From positions 62,001-126,000 of the forward strand of contig NW_003314317.1 of NCBI RefSeq assembly GCF_000143415.4: a DNA stretch of 64,000 nt, in the 5' to 3' direction. A program made the position numbers and the translations under genes. The notes below the pieces were generated by a model that worked only from the letters and a program-made list of their open reading frames with translations, was not told the DNA's origin and searched no databases. How positions within the stretch are numbered: position 1 is the first letter of the stretch; each line of letters opens with the position of its first letter. This DNA is from Selaginella moellendorffii. Its lineage: Eukaryota > Plantae > Lycopodiophyta. Of this stretch, positions 1-12,922 are shown piece after piece.

Positions 1-1093
1 TATAAAAATTATGTAGGGATTTTATCTTTGGATGTGTATGCTTACAAGTTTTGCAATCTCTACCTTATTCTCATGGATATTTATAATGAGTTGCTAAAGT
101 TGCAATGTTTTATCAAAGATTTTAGCTCCATGAATGTGCAAAAAAATGCCAAACAAGATTTTCTAGTGATGTTAATTAAAGCCCAGATATTTTTGCCATC
201 AACTTGTCAATAAAGTAGTCAACATAATGATTATTTTTTTCTGAAATTTTTATGTAGAAGGATGTGTCATCTGTTGTAAGGCTTGGTCCATCCATGTTGA
301 TCACCGAGAAATTGGATGCAGTCGGCCCTCCGATAGGAAAGCTGTTCTGGGCCATGCTTACGGCCCAGATCTTGTTGTTTCCCTAGTTGTCAGCTTTCAG
401 TGGTGGCTACTTCTTGGCCTGTGCTCCGTGATTGTGCTGCTTTCAGTAAGGCTAGAGCTCGCTTCTGCTTCTGGAGCTTTTGCAAGGGTTTCTACATCGT
501 CCAGTTTGGCATGAAGTTTGAGAAAGGCCTCATCTAGTGTGTGTCCAAGGGGGTCCTCCTCGGTCTTTTTCTGTCTCTTTGCTTTGCTGGCTGGGCTGGA
601 CGCCTACAGTCTTGTTTCTGCCTCTGATGGCTGTGCTTTTCAATGTGGTCGTGGCGTGTGCTCTGCTGCCGTGGATGATTCGTTGATGTTCCACAAGCGC
701 CAATTGCTGGTGAAAGTCTTCGAGATGTTTAGATACTGCGGTGCATAAGTGTACTTGCCCATGGTGGTCTAGCTCTTTGTCGAACTTCAACTGTTACCAC
801 CACGGACCTGGTGTTTGTGGAGATGATTCGTCCTAAGTTGCAGAGTTTTGCTGTTTCGACATCCAGATTGCTCTCATTTGCCAAGAACTCACTATTTAGA
901 GCTGTATTGCGGAGGGATTGTGGATGTGGAACTCGTCTCTCGTGGTCTCATTTCCTCTCGATTGAATCGTCTGGAAATGTTCTCTCTATAAATCCCGTGT
1001 AGTGACGTGTGGCCACCTGGCAATGGAAGATACTTTGAATATGCTTTCTTATTTTGCTGCCTCGATGCCGCGTCTGCTGGCTAGGTTTTGGCG

Positions 1094-4000
1094 ATGGCGC
1101 GTTCTTCGACCGATCGGAGGGCGGGAGCGCTGGGAGATTTCGATGCGCTCCCGGATGAGCTGCTGTGCTCGGTGCTTGGATTGCTGGAGCCGCGCGACAT
1201 TGGCGCCATGGCGTGTGTTAGCAGGTATGAAGTGACTGAGCTCTAGGCTCTAGCTCTAGCTTGATCTGTCCCGGTGTTTCAGTGTGTTCTATGTACTGTG
1301 CAATGAGGAGCCGCTGTGGATGCGGATTTGCCTGTCGAACCGAGAGCGCGTCGATTCTCTCGTTTACAAGGGCTCTTGGAAGAGGACTGCTATGAAAAAC
1401 AAGTATGTTTGCATGCACTTTTTTTCCGTTTTGTGTTCGCTAAAGTGCTTGGTTTTCTCATAGAACTGGAAAACTCAATGGCAAAATCGAGCAGCTACAA
1501 TTCAATGGTGGGGTTTTCTTCCATCTCTTCAAAGCTTGCTAAAGCTTGTTCTTACCTTTGTCCACAGGTTTCACCTCCTTATACCTTTATCGAAGGTGGT
1601 ATCGGTGCCATATGTCGCTCGAGAATTTCTTCTACGACGCTGGAGCTATTGAAAGACGGAAGGAACTCTCCTATGATGTCTTTGTACAAAACTACGATGT
1701 TCAGAAACCTGTATGTTTCGGTGAGTGTCCCTGCCGACAGAAATTCTCACAGATTTTCTTTTATGCATCAGGTTCTCTTGACTGATCTGGCTGAGGACTG
1801 GCCTGCGAGACGAACTTGGACGATAGACCAACTTGTCCATCGCTACGGTGACTCCGAGTTCAAAGTTTCTCAATCATACGGGCAAAGGATACGCATGACG
1901 CTGAAAGATTATGCTGATTATACGAGGTCCCAACATGATGAAGATCCGCTGTATATATTTGACTCTTCTGTAAGTTCTTGTATTCGAGTGGCAGTTCAGA
2001 TATTTACTGCTGCTCGCTGTGCAGTTCGGTGAATCTACTCCGGGTCTCCTAGAAGATTATACAGTACCATATTTGTTCAAGGAAGATTTATTCTCCGTTC
2101 TAAGTCCATCGCAGCGTCCACCATACAGGTGGCTTGTTATTGGTCCCTCTAGATCGGGTGCTAATTGGCACGTCGACCCTGCTCTTACAAGCGCCTGGAA
2201 CGCACTTTTATCTGGGAGAAAGAGGTACAATTACCGTTGTGTATGAAGATGATCCATGAACTGCAATTGATTGAACAGATGGGCATTTTATCCTCCTGGG
2301 AGAGTACCACCCGGTGTGTTCGTTGATGTGAACGAAGACGACGGAGAAATTCATTATGATGGTCCAACATCTCTTCAGGTACATGGAACTTGTTACGGAT
2401 TGTGTTTACAGCGTTTTCTGCAGTGGTGGATGGATGTTTATCCTTCTCTGGATAACGACAGCAAGCCTTTGGAGTGCACACAACATCCCGGGGAGACGAT
2501 CTTTGTTCCCAGTGGCTGGTGGCATTGCGTGCTGAATATCGACGAGACAGTTGCCGTCACGCAAAACTTTGTGAACAGCAGGAACATGGAGCTTGTATGC
2601 ATCGACATGGCGCCGGGGTTTCATCACAGAGGTGTTGCTCGTGCTGGTCTTTTGGCATTGGACGATGATGAGTTTGAAGGCGAACATGATTTTACAAATC
2701 CAGAGTTTCTGAAGAAACACATAGGCCCGCACCCTGATCACTTTTTATCCGAAACCAGCGCCGATGGAATGCTGAACAAAAGAGATTTCCGTGACTGGCT
2801 TCGAAAACTTCAAGTTGAGAGGCCTGATTTAAGACATCAAATTTGGAAGGTAAGTTTTTCAATCGTGTTTCAGTCAGTATAAACTCTAGCTGTATTGTTC
2901 GTCCTTGTGAAACAGTGTGCTTGTCTAGCTATCGATGCAGATACATGGCAAAGAAGATTAAGCAGCATCTGCAATGCGCACGACTTCTATTTCAAGGAAG
3001 ATCAGCACATTCCTGTTGGTCATGGCAGTAGCCCGGTAAGTAAGCTGAGCATCTTCGTTATTGCCAAAGCTGATTGACTTTGCAGGTTTACCTGCTTGAT
3101 GAGTATGCAATCAAGATTTATATACACGAGGACGGAATTGTCACTGCCTTGCAAGAGATTGACCACGAGGTACTTGGTTTTATCGTATTTCGGTTTTTTT
3201 TTTACTCTTTTCTACATGTAGCTCCAATTTTATGCTTTACTTCGAGAAAGCGCATCGCCCTTGGCTGAACATGTTCCGGCTGTTATTGCCAAAGGCATTG
3301 TTTACGAAGAAGGTGAACTTTTCAGAGCAGTTCCTTCTGTCGACAGTGGTGAAATACTTTCAACTGGAATGTCTATGGTAAGCTCCAAAGACAGCCGAGC
3401 ATTTTGGCCATACATTGTCACAAGGCGATGCCCGGGACAAAACTTAGCTCATTGGTAAGTCCAGTATTTCGTCGATTCGTTTTGCTGTAAGTTGTTTTCT
3501 TTGGCAGTCGAGGCATGATGAAGGACGATGATTACATTGATCTAGCATCTTTTCTTGGCTGTCAATTACGGCACCTTCACACACTGTCGCTTCCGATGAA
3601 GGAAGAGCCCGTCCTCGGTATGCCCGACGTACCGCAAGAATGGACACACTTTGTGAGCATGCTTAGGCAGCATCGGCAAACACTTGCGAAACGTCTCAAG
3701 GAGTGGTAAATCTAAAGTCACGCCGGTTCTTGTTGTCTTCGCTAACTTCAACGCCATCTTCCAGGGGCTCGGTGCCGCGGCATTTGCTAGAAAAAGTCGA
3801 GGATTACGTCCCCAAGGATCCTGTCGTGCTTATAGGCGTTGCGAAGGTACCCAGGCTTTCTCGTATTAACTTGTGGGAAACGACAGCCTCATCTAATTTG
3901 ATGCTTCTCCGTCACCGCGCAGGTTGAGAATGGCGCCGCTGTGCCGTCGCGCAGCGCGGCTTGGCTTCACATGGACATTATGGAAGACAACATCCAGATG

Positions 4001-4503
4001 GTCCCTCACGCCAGTTTGGACGGCTTCCAAAACGATAGACGAGCGATGCAGGCGAGATACATCTTCGACTTCGGCGACCTCCGACGCGGTAAGGCTCTTC
4101 CCACTTTCGCTTGTCGATGCCCGTTTCTGACGATGCCAGCCTCGGCAACTTCGCAAAAACAGGGGATCCCCTCTACGAGCTGGTCCCGCTGTTCACGGAC
4201 GTCCTGGAGGCCAATGTGGAGCTCCTGGAGCACTTTCTCGAGTCCTACAAGCTCGACCTCGCGGTGGAGGGCGTGCGAACTTCGTATCGAGCAATGTGAG
4301 TCGCCATTAACTCTCTGCTGGAAAGCGCTTTGATTCCAGGCTGACGCGATCGATGCTGGTTCTTTATTCTTGCTACCAGGTGCTATTGTTTACTGTACAA
4401 ATACGACGCAATGGAGGCCATATTCCGTGGCAGCAAAGAGCTGCGCATGGTGGAATCATGGCATGAGCTGGAGCTCATTCTCTGGGGCATGCTCAACGAA
4501 TAG
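1094..4503 (+). CDS. F-box + JmjC (JMJD6-like) + C-terminal aminoglycoside-phosphotransferase-like domain protein (At1g78280/JMJ21-like), multi-exon
   Basis: ATG 1094; N-terminal F-box (LGDFDALPDELLCSVLGLL); JmjC motifs RWLVIGPSRSGANWHVDP and PGETIFVPSGWWHCVLN; APH-like HMDIMEDNI and IFDFGD; many short GT-AG introns; TAG at 4501-4503. Confidence 0.9.
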
Positions 4504-6862
4504 ACAAAGGCCGTGCTCGTGGGGACCATGGAAGTCGTGTGTGTGGGGTGACGTCAGCGGCACACGTGGAGTGACGCGTGGCGGGGTTGGGGTTTAAGCA
4601 CCAGACAATCACAAGACAACGCAGCTTTTAAGAAGAGAAAACGAGACCCCGTTCCATCCAATCCACCATCGAGGAAGAGGGAGGAAAGACATCTCCGGCA
4701 TGGACTAATATATATATATATGTATAGATATCAAAGATGGAGCTATCAATCACCAGTGGCACCACCGAACAATGACACACGAAGAGAGGAAGAAGAAAAA
4801 TAAACATTGATATCAAGAGCAAAGATTGCACAGCTCTTTGAAGTGGACACGGGCCAATCCAAGCAATTTGCTGACCTCTCTAGAACTGTGGAGGTGGTGG
4901 AGGTGGTGGAGGTGGTGGTGGTGGTGGTGCTGGGCTCCAAAGTCCAGACTCTCCAGACTCTCCAGAGAAGGAGGGAGGGAGAGAGATAGAGGAGGTCCCA
5001 TCTCTGCAAGCGAAAAATCTTCACGAATCTCGCTCTTGTTGTTGGTGTTGTTGCTATTGCTGCTGCTGCTGCTACGGGTGATGATGGTGGTGATTGATGA
5101 TTTAATTGTTGTTGTGGCTGGTGGCTATTTGTTTGCGCGTGGTAAACTTTCAACGATTTGCCACCGCGAGGACAAAATATGATACTTGTCTTCTGCTAAG
5201 CTAGCAGCTGAATCCTCAATCACAGTACCACAAGATCTCACAACATCAAAGTAAAAATAGAAAACATACTGTATAATTTGGGATAAAGTGGTGTTGTGAT
5301 AGAAGATTGTGTGTGTGTGTGTGTGTGTGTGTTTTCTTGTGCTAGCCTGGAATTTTCTTGTGCATGGAGACTTGTGAATGGCTAGAATCTCTTGCAACCA
5401 CCGACACCGACCTTATTTTAGTTTTTCCCATTTTTCCCCCCTTTTTTTTTCCCCTTCCGCCACTCCAGAGCATTTCCACTCATTTATACACGCACACATG
5501 ACTTGCTGTTGGACGCACAGCCAGCCATTCACGAACGCGATCTACAGGGGGGCGAGAAAAGAAAAGCTCGCCCAATCGCAATAGTTTTACCGAGAAAATC
5601 TGGAGAGCTTGATCCCATCATACTTTCGTCACCCTGTGTATGGCATATGGAACACCTGTGAGATCGGCGATCAAATTGAGAAGATTTTAAGGAGAGAGAG
5701 AGAGAGAGAGAGAGGATTAAATAAGTGTGTGCCTGGAGGGAGGAGCCAGGAGGAGAGATTATTTTATATGCCCAAGCTCTTCCACACAACACTCCGCCGC
5801 GGACCAAAGGCCCGTCCCCTCGCTGGGAATCATGAGGCCGAGTCTCTTTGGACAGAAACCAATAAAGAAAACAACTCCTCCCGCCCCAATGACAGGCGGA
5901 GTTGTAAAAGCGTCCAAAGAAACACATAACGAACAGAGCAGATAGCCAAACTTAACGAAAAAACGGAAAAAAGGAAAAAAAAGAAAAGATAACACGAGAG
6001 AAAGACACACGGCTGTAATCAAACTCAAAGAACGTTTAAGAAGAGACTCCAGTATATACAATTACAAAATCCAATCCAGTTTAGCAGGAAAACCACCCCA
6101 TTGTTTTGTTCTTGAGTGTGTTTTTTTTTTTCTCTCCAGCTTCTCTTCCTGCGCCTCAAGGATGGATGTCTTTGCCAATATACTCGTATGCTTTTTCCTT
6201 CTTTATTACTACTTGGCTGATATAATCAATAAAACTCCCTCTAGAGATGTTACGTATACGTATAAGTATGATGGTGGTGAGCCAAAAAAATTTGAGGAAC
6301 ACGGGAATGAAGATAACGTAACAAGAGAAGAGAACGAAAAAACGAAGAAAAAGAAAAAAAAAAAACAAAAACGAAACCAGGAAGAAGACCGACGAGCAGC
6401 AGTCGCAATCCCAAAAGAAAAGAAGCTTTTTTTTTTTCGCTCTCGAGGGGCGGTGGAGGTGGCCGAGTGTTGCTGAGAGAGATGTGAGTAGTGACAATGA
6501 TGCAACGCAAGATCAGGGGGGGAGAGAGGGAAGAGAGTTCACCGACGGTGTACCTTCTGTTCCCCGTTTTCTCGATTTCATTTTTTCTCTCGAAGTTGAT
6601 GATCGAAGAGGCGGAGGATCTGCTGCTGCTGCTGCTGCTGTTGCTTTGGATCTCTATACAGAATTGATTGATTGATTTTTGTTGCTTGTTGTTAGGCTGT
6701 GCGCGAGAAGAAGAGGACCTGTGTTGTCTCCAGTGTTGTCAAAAACGAAGAGGGTGAGAGGAGCCAACGAACGGGGGGCGGGGATGGAAGCAAGAGACAG
6801 GAAAGAAAAAGAATTTTAAACCCCCGGGATGGATGATGGCTGGATATATAGCGGCGCAGCTG

Positions 6863-7180
6863 CTAGAGAAGTTGATGATTCCCTGGTGTTTGATGATGGT
6901 GGTGGTGGTGGTGGTGGTGATGATTCGACCCGCCGTAGGCGTGTAGATCCGACGTCCAGCCACCGTTACTCCAGTACCCCGCAGCGTCACTCCCGCTCTC
7001 GAAGAATGCCTCGGTCGGTGACGGCTGCCACTGATCCGGCGACGAGGAATCGCCCTGTTGGTCGTAGTCACTGGACGAAACATCCCCCGAGCTCTTGCCT
7101 TTGTGGTGGTGGTGGTGGTGCTGCTTCATCTTCTCCACCCCGTGGCTCGCCTCCAAGTCCAGCAGTACGTGATGCCTCCC

Positions 7181-7211
<31 letters not shown>

Positions 7212-8548
7212 CCTTGATCCTGCTCGCTCCCATCCTCGAGCAAAGACACGAGCTTTGGCTGCTGCGGGAACCTCCACATCATCTCGCCGCTACCTCCATT
7301 GAGCCCGAAGTTCTCCACCGGCACGTAAGAGCTCAGCGCCTCGTTCATGGCCGCGTGCGTCCCCATTCCCAGCGAGCCCGGATCGAAGATAGAGTTTATG
7401 TCGCCGCCGGCATCGCCGTGAACCGGCTCCTGTTTGATCGGCGCGCCGGGGAGATTCAACCCAAGCATGCTCGGATCAAACTGCTGTGGATGGCTCCCGA
7501 GCTGTCCAGTCGCCCAGTTTATCGAGATGGGAGGCGCGCCGGAATGGCTCCCAGGGGCTCCGGGGAAAATCCTCGCCACCCCTCCCTCGACCCTGTCAAA
7601 CGCCAAGCTTATCCCGTTGCTCGCCTTGGCCACTTGATCGTACAGCCCCGAGCTCGTCGCCACCGGGAATTCCTGCTGTAGCATACTGCTGCTGCTGGCA
7701 CCGTCGTTCCCCACCATGGCTCCACCCCCTCCCGGAAGACCGCCGCCGCCGTTCGGCTGGCCGGTCTCGTCCGACGAGGCCGCTGGAGGACCCGAATGGT
7801 CCTGCTGCCGTTGCTTGACGCGCTTGTTCTTCCGGCACCCGCCACCCACGGGGACGTTCCTCAGCGCCCCTCCCTTGGTCCAGTAGCGCTTGCAGTTCTT
7901 GCAGAAATGCCGGGGCTGCGTGAGGCTGTAGTTGTTGTAGTAGCAAAACTTGGTGTTCATCGAGTCGCAGCGGGGGCACTTGAGGACTTGATCCGAATGC
8001 GGCTTGAGCCGCCGCTCTTGCTGGCCCGGCTGCTGGTGCTGCTGGTGCTGCTGCCCGGGCCTCGACTGGCAGAGCAACTGATCCGGAGGAGGGGGCTTCA
8101 AGCTGCTGGTGGAGGACGAGACGTCCGTGAGCGATGGCTGCGGGACGACTCCAACGCCAACTCCAACTCCTCCCACCGTGTGGAGAAGGGGCGCCTGTTG
8201 CGATCCATCAAAGCCTGACGAGTCCCCCACCTGATCCCGACCATAATTGCTCAACAGCATGACACCACCACCACCACCGGACCAAGCTCGTCCAAAATTC
8301 CTGCCTTTGATGATGCCTGGTTGTCCGATCAAGAAGCTCTCACACCCTGCGATCACAGGAGAAGAAAAACGAGAGAGACAAAACCATTAGCACAGCGGAT
8401 GATGATCCAATTTTAAAGATTTTAAAGAAGCCAAGCGAGCCATGGATCTAAAAGCATGCAAAGCTCCCATGCAACCATCCTTTGGAGAAAATGCGGCATT
8501 TAGAGGAGAGTGTTCTTTACCCTGTGATGGGCGATGATCAAACTGCAT
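6863..8548 (-). CDS. Dof zinc-finger transcription factor, two exons (8548-8521; 8346-6863)
   Basis: Canonical Dof domain [50 protein letters not shown]; a 28-nt first exon (MQFDHRPSQ+G) with donor GTAAAG joins the acceptor (cgcag) at 8346 in the correct phase. Confidence 0.93.
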
Positions 8549-11500
8549 GAAGATCACGATCGAGGACGCTCTTCTTCTCGTTGCCGTGCTCCTGCCCTGT
8601 GATCTCCCCCTTGAAAACTATCATTGCCCGAGAGAGGTGTGTGAGAGAGAGAGAGATCGAAGAAATTAAACCACCAATTTGCGCCTACCACTCTCCTCCT
8701 CTTCGCGAGAATTCCCTGCTGCCTTGGCTGCCCGGACAGATAATCAAATAATTCGCATACGGAATGGCGTACGGCATTGCGTCTGGGAGCCGGATTTCGC
8801 CATTGGAGCGAGCGCTTGACCGATCCCCAATCCCTGCGAGCGCAAATCGTCCCCCACTACCGATGATCAATGCGTTGACGAGAGGCCTCGCAAATCTGCG
8901 GTGCCCGCCCGGCAATGCAACAATCTTTCGCTGCTCTGCCCCGCCTGTGCAATCCCCGCGCCGAGATCCAAGATGTCTCGATCAAGAACACTGGATGGAG
9001 CTGGAGCTCGAGGACGCATCTTCATCGATCACGTCCACTTCATCGCAGAATCATAATATCCGCCACAGCCGAGCAGCACACGCAAGAGATGTGCCTGCGT
9101 GTTCTATCTAAGCCGAGGCTTTTGCTTTCTCCCCTTTCTTTTCCCTCCACACAGAGATTTCCACTCTCCCTCTCTCCTCACACGAATGCCTGTCGCATCG
9201 ATCCAAGCCGAGGAGCGCCCTACCTAGCTAAGATCATCCTCGCACACGCTGAATTGGCCACGGCCGATGATCTTGGAAAGATCGACGAGAAGATCACTAA
9301 ACGGCAATTCCCGACGACTCCTCCAACGATCAAGTGGGAAATCCAAGGGAGCGATGGGAAAAAGATCGCCACGGAGCTACCGGAGCGCGATATTTCGATC
9401 GATAACGATAGAAGAAGAGAGAGAGAGCGCAGCCGCCAGGCGCTACTAGGCTTTTCCTCCCTGATCCTCGATTTTCACAATGCGAGACCTAGCAGCGCCC
9501 TGGAGTAGCTCGCGCTCGCCATTTTTCTTCCCCCAAGAACCCTCTCCCACAAATCTCTAGGGTTCTTCCTGGCACACCAGACAAAGCACCAAGCTCTGGA
9601 CAATGGGGCAATTTGCCCGATCCCAGCAAATGCCCTAAGGGGATTACAAAAAACCCGATCACGCCAGTGCCAGGTGTGAACACGTCTACGATAGTGTCTG
9701 GGCCGGACGCCAATGAAAGACGCCTGCTGCTGGTCTGAAGAGGGAGAGCGCGGAAGAGAACCATGCCGATGCCGTGGAGCAAATGGGAGCGTTGGATCTC
9801 GACGCGGGAGATTGCACGAGAACGAATGGACGAGGGAGAGGGCAGGCGTGGGCTGATGCCGGTCGTTGGATGCGACACATCGGGGCCGTCGGGTGTGGAG
9901 GATATTTGGGCCTGGGACACGCGTCAGCCGCTGAGAGGCAGCGTGCGAGAGGGCCCGGTTCCCCAGGCCCCGACACCGCATTATCTCGCGACGCACACAT
10001 ACACACACAAATATCGTACGGTAAATTTCGGCAACAAAAGAAAAATGGTTTATAAAGTTTAAAAATGCGAAACAGAAATTCAGAAATGCATGTGTCTGGA
10101 AATAAATAAAGGTTTTTTAAGCTGGCGGGAAATTGTTTTTCTACAATGGAATGTTGTGTTGGAGCGGGCGATGGTGGGGTGTGGGCCGCCACCGCGAGCG
10201 TACACGCGTCATGCAGGCCACTCCCGGCCGTACAGTTATCCCCCGCATATTTTTTAGGGTTCTTCCGTGGCTCCGGAGAACGCAGGTGAAGGCTTTGAAT
10301 TTTGGTCTACTTCCCATCGTCACATTGACTTCCAGGTCGTGAAACAGATTTTCTTCCAGCTGAATCCCAAAAGGACGGTTACCTGTAACCCCAAGGCAAT
10401 AAGAAACAAAAGACCAGAGAATTCATCCTTGAAGAGCCTCGTCTCCGGTGAAGCCTAAGTAAAAGCAAGCTTTGACAATAAAGAGTCTATTTCACTAGAT
10501 TCAACGTGCACGCGTTAAAATGTTTTGTAGCTCAGCTGGCCAGGTGAGTTGGATTGCTCCAAGATACCATTTGTGTTTTACGGGTCTCAAGGTTGTGACA
10601 TCAGGTGGAAAAACCACATTTTTTTCAAGGAACGCAAAGCTTTCCTTGAAAGATAGGCAAGTTTGTGCCTTTACAAATTACAAAAGAAAAGAAAAAACAA
10701 ACTATTAGGAGAGTCTGCTACTTCCTTTTGAGAGGTTTTCTCCATTTGGATAGCTTATGTTGTAATAATTTGTAGATCCAGATTCTGAAGTCCTATAATT
10801 TTGATAGTATTGTTAGAATTTTGGCTATCACCGCCAAGCTTTTTTACAAAGGATAACTCTGACTTGGCAGTTCTTGCCGAGTATACGATCCTCTAACAAT
10901 AGTAGCAGCAGCACAAGGGGCACCTAGGGCCTGCAGCATAGTTGTGCAATATAGTAGCTTATAGCACACAACGTTCTTCGCAAATGCTTTGCTAGGATCC
11001 ACGATCATTGCAGGGCATGTCGGGGTGTGCAGGAGGTTGCTGCGCTGCCATTATAAACAATTGCATAGGCATATGTTGCTCTTTTCTGTAGATTTTGGTC
11101 TATCACTCCACTGCCAATCCAAGCAGAATGATCTGGGGGCACATATTCTTCCTGGAGTCGTGGTGACTATCAAACTATCCTTCTTTCTGTTGTGCACACA
11201 AAACAAAAGAATGGGGTATTGTTTTAGATGTTCAGGATGATAATTTGCCTCTGCCTATCGTTGTCATTACATTAGCTTCTTAATTCAGATTTTCATCAGA
11301 CTAGTTATTTAAAATTGATGTCAATCCAAAATATGTTCTAATATTGTAATTTTGATTATTTTTAACGTCAAGTAAAAATAAAATTTCAACCATTATATAA
11401 AAATAACATTACTTGTATTAAATTTTAGTTATATTACTACTATAATTTTTATAGGTAATAATAAGAAAATAATCTTTACAATTTTAAAAAGTACAAAAAT

Positions 11501-12049
11501 TTTATTTAGTTAGTTTATTGAAACTTTGAAGTTTTTTGATAAACCCATTTTCTATTGACCCAATCATATTGATTTCTTTATGTTCTCACTAACAAATTGC
11601 ATCCTCAATTACAAAAAACTTGAAGCTATGTATCAAAATATATTAAAATTATGATAATAAATAGATATTAATTTAACTTTAGAAAAAATATTTTTTAATT
11701 TATAGAAATTCTATAAATTCTATATTATTAAATAAATATAGTTAGCATATCTAACATTTACTATTAAAATGATTAAATAGTCTTCAAAATGTCAATAAAA
11801 TGAATATTTTAGAACTCTAACATAAAAGTTAAATTCTATAAATAAAAATTTATTATAGTGATTATATTTATAAAATTCATCCTCTTTGAATCATTGAGCA
11901 ATAGTTTCAATCTAGAGTAAATAATTGCATAACAATAAAGCTTGCTGTGGTGAGTTTCAATGTCAACTTGAACTAAATATTCATCTCTTTTAAGAAAAAA
12001 TATTATTTCTATATATAGTAATTTATTTTGAAAATATTGTGATATCTGT

Positions 12050-12087
12050 GATATATATATGTATTTATGTATGTATGTATGTGTGTG

Positions 12088-12133
<46 letters not shown>

Positions 12134-12170
12134 TATATATATATGTATGTATGTATATATGTATATATGT
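12050..12170. repeat. Compound (TA)n/(TG)n/(TATG)n microsatellite
   Basis: Seen directly. Confidence 0.9.
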
Positions 12171-12922
12171 ATTACCCTACCTAGGTAATACACTAATTAT
12201 CAAGCAACAGATCATTGGCACCAAGTGTTTGGGAGAATAATTAGCTCTCACAGCTCTAGTTTGTAGTGCTCCATCAGCAGGAAGAGAAACTCCAGTAGCA
12301 AGTTGGTCATGTCCACGTAACTCTTATCCATCCATTTTCGTATATAAATAAGAGTTTAAATCATAATTGATATATGGATATTGCAATTTGTTTTTGGTGG
12401 GCAAACTTTTTTGGTAGTGCTTTACTCTAGTGTTTGGGATTGCACTTTTATTCTTATTATTTTCTTTCTTTTTTAGATCTAGATTTACATTAACTTTTTG
12501 GCAGATTTCTAGCTATCATTTTGATTAAATTTGTTTTCTCTTTTGATCTTTATTGCATTTTTATCTTCTACTATGTCATGCCGTCATTGATTAAAGAATA
12601 TATCACTTAAGTTTGTTGATACTACTCTATTGAATTAAGATTTTGATGTTGTGGGGTGCAATTATATTGATGTTACACCCATCTAATATGTTGTTGCCTA
12701 CAACTTTCATTATAGAAGTTATCCTATTCTTAATGTTCTACCATTTTCCATTGATGTGGGGCATGCTTGTGACATTGATTGACAAGTTATGGATGATGTA
12801 GTTTAATTTTTGGAGAATGTTTAAAGATCAAGTTTATATAATAATGATGTTTACACACCCAAATGTTTTTGGATTGTGATGAGGAACTTGATTATTATAC
12901 AGATAATTTTGGAGAAAAGTTG

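Noticed and set aside
280-830. Coding-like minus-strand sequence at the window start
   Set aside because: Stops in the frames examined and no recognisable homology
5372-5535. Inverted GTGAATGGCT/AGCCATTCAC as a miRNA stem
   Set aside because: Only ~10-13 bp of pairing; the interior does not fold back
6156-6510. Lys-rich / Phe-rich ORFs
   Set aside because: Artefacts of poly-A/T tracts downstream of Dof
7058-8218. Long + strand ORFs (207 aa, 140 aa) opposite the Dof gene
   Set aside because: Antisense shadows of GC-rich coding sequence with no recognisable domains
8685-10200. Multiple overlapping ORFs upstream of Dof
   Set aside because: No family motifs or coherent splice model; probably GC-rich promoter/leader DNA
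10520-10570. tRNA-like GTAGCTCAGCTGG
   Set aside because: No B-box/T-loop or cloverleaf follows
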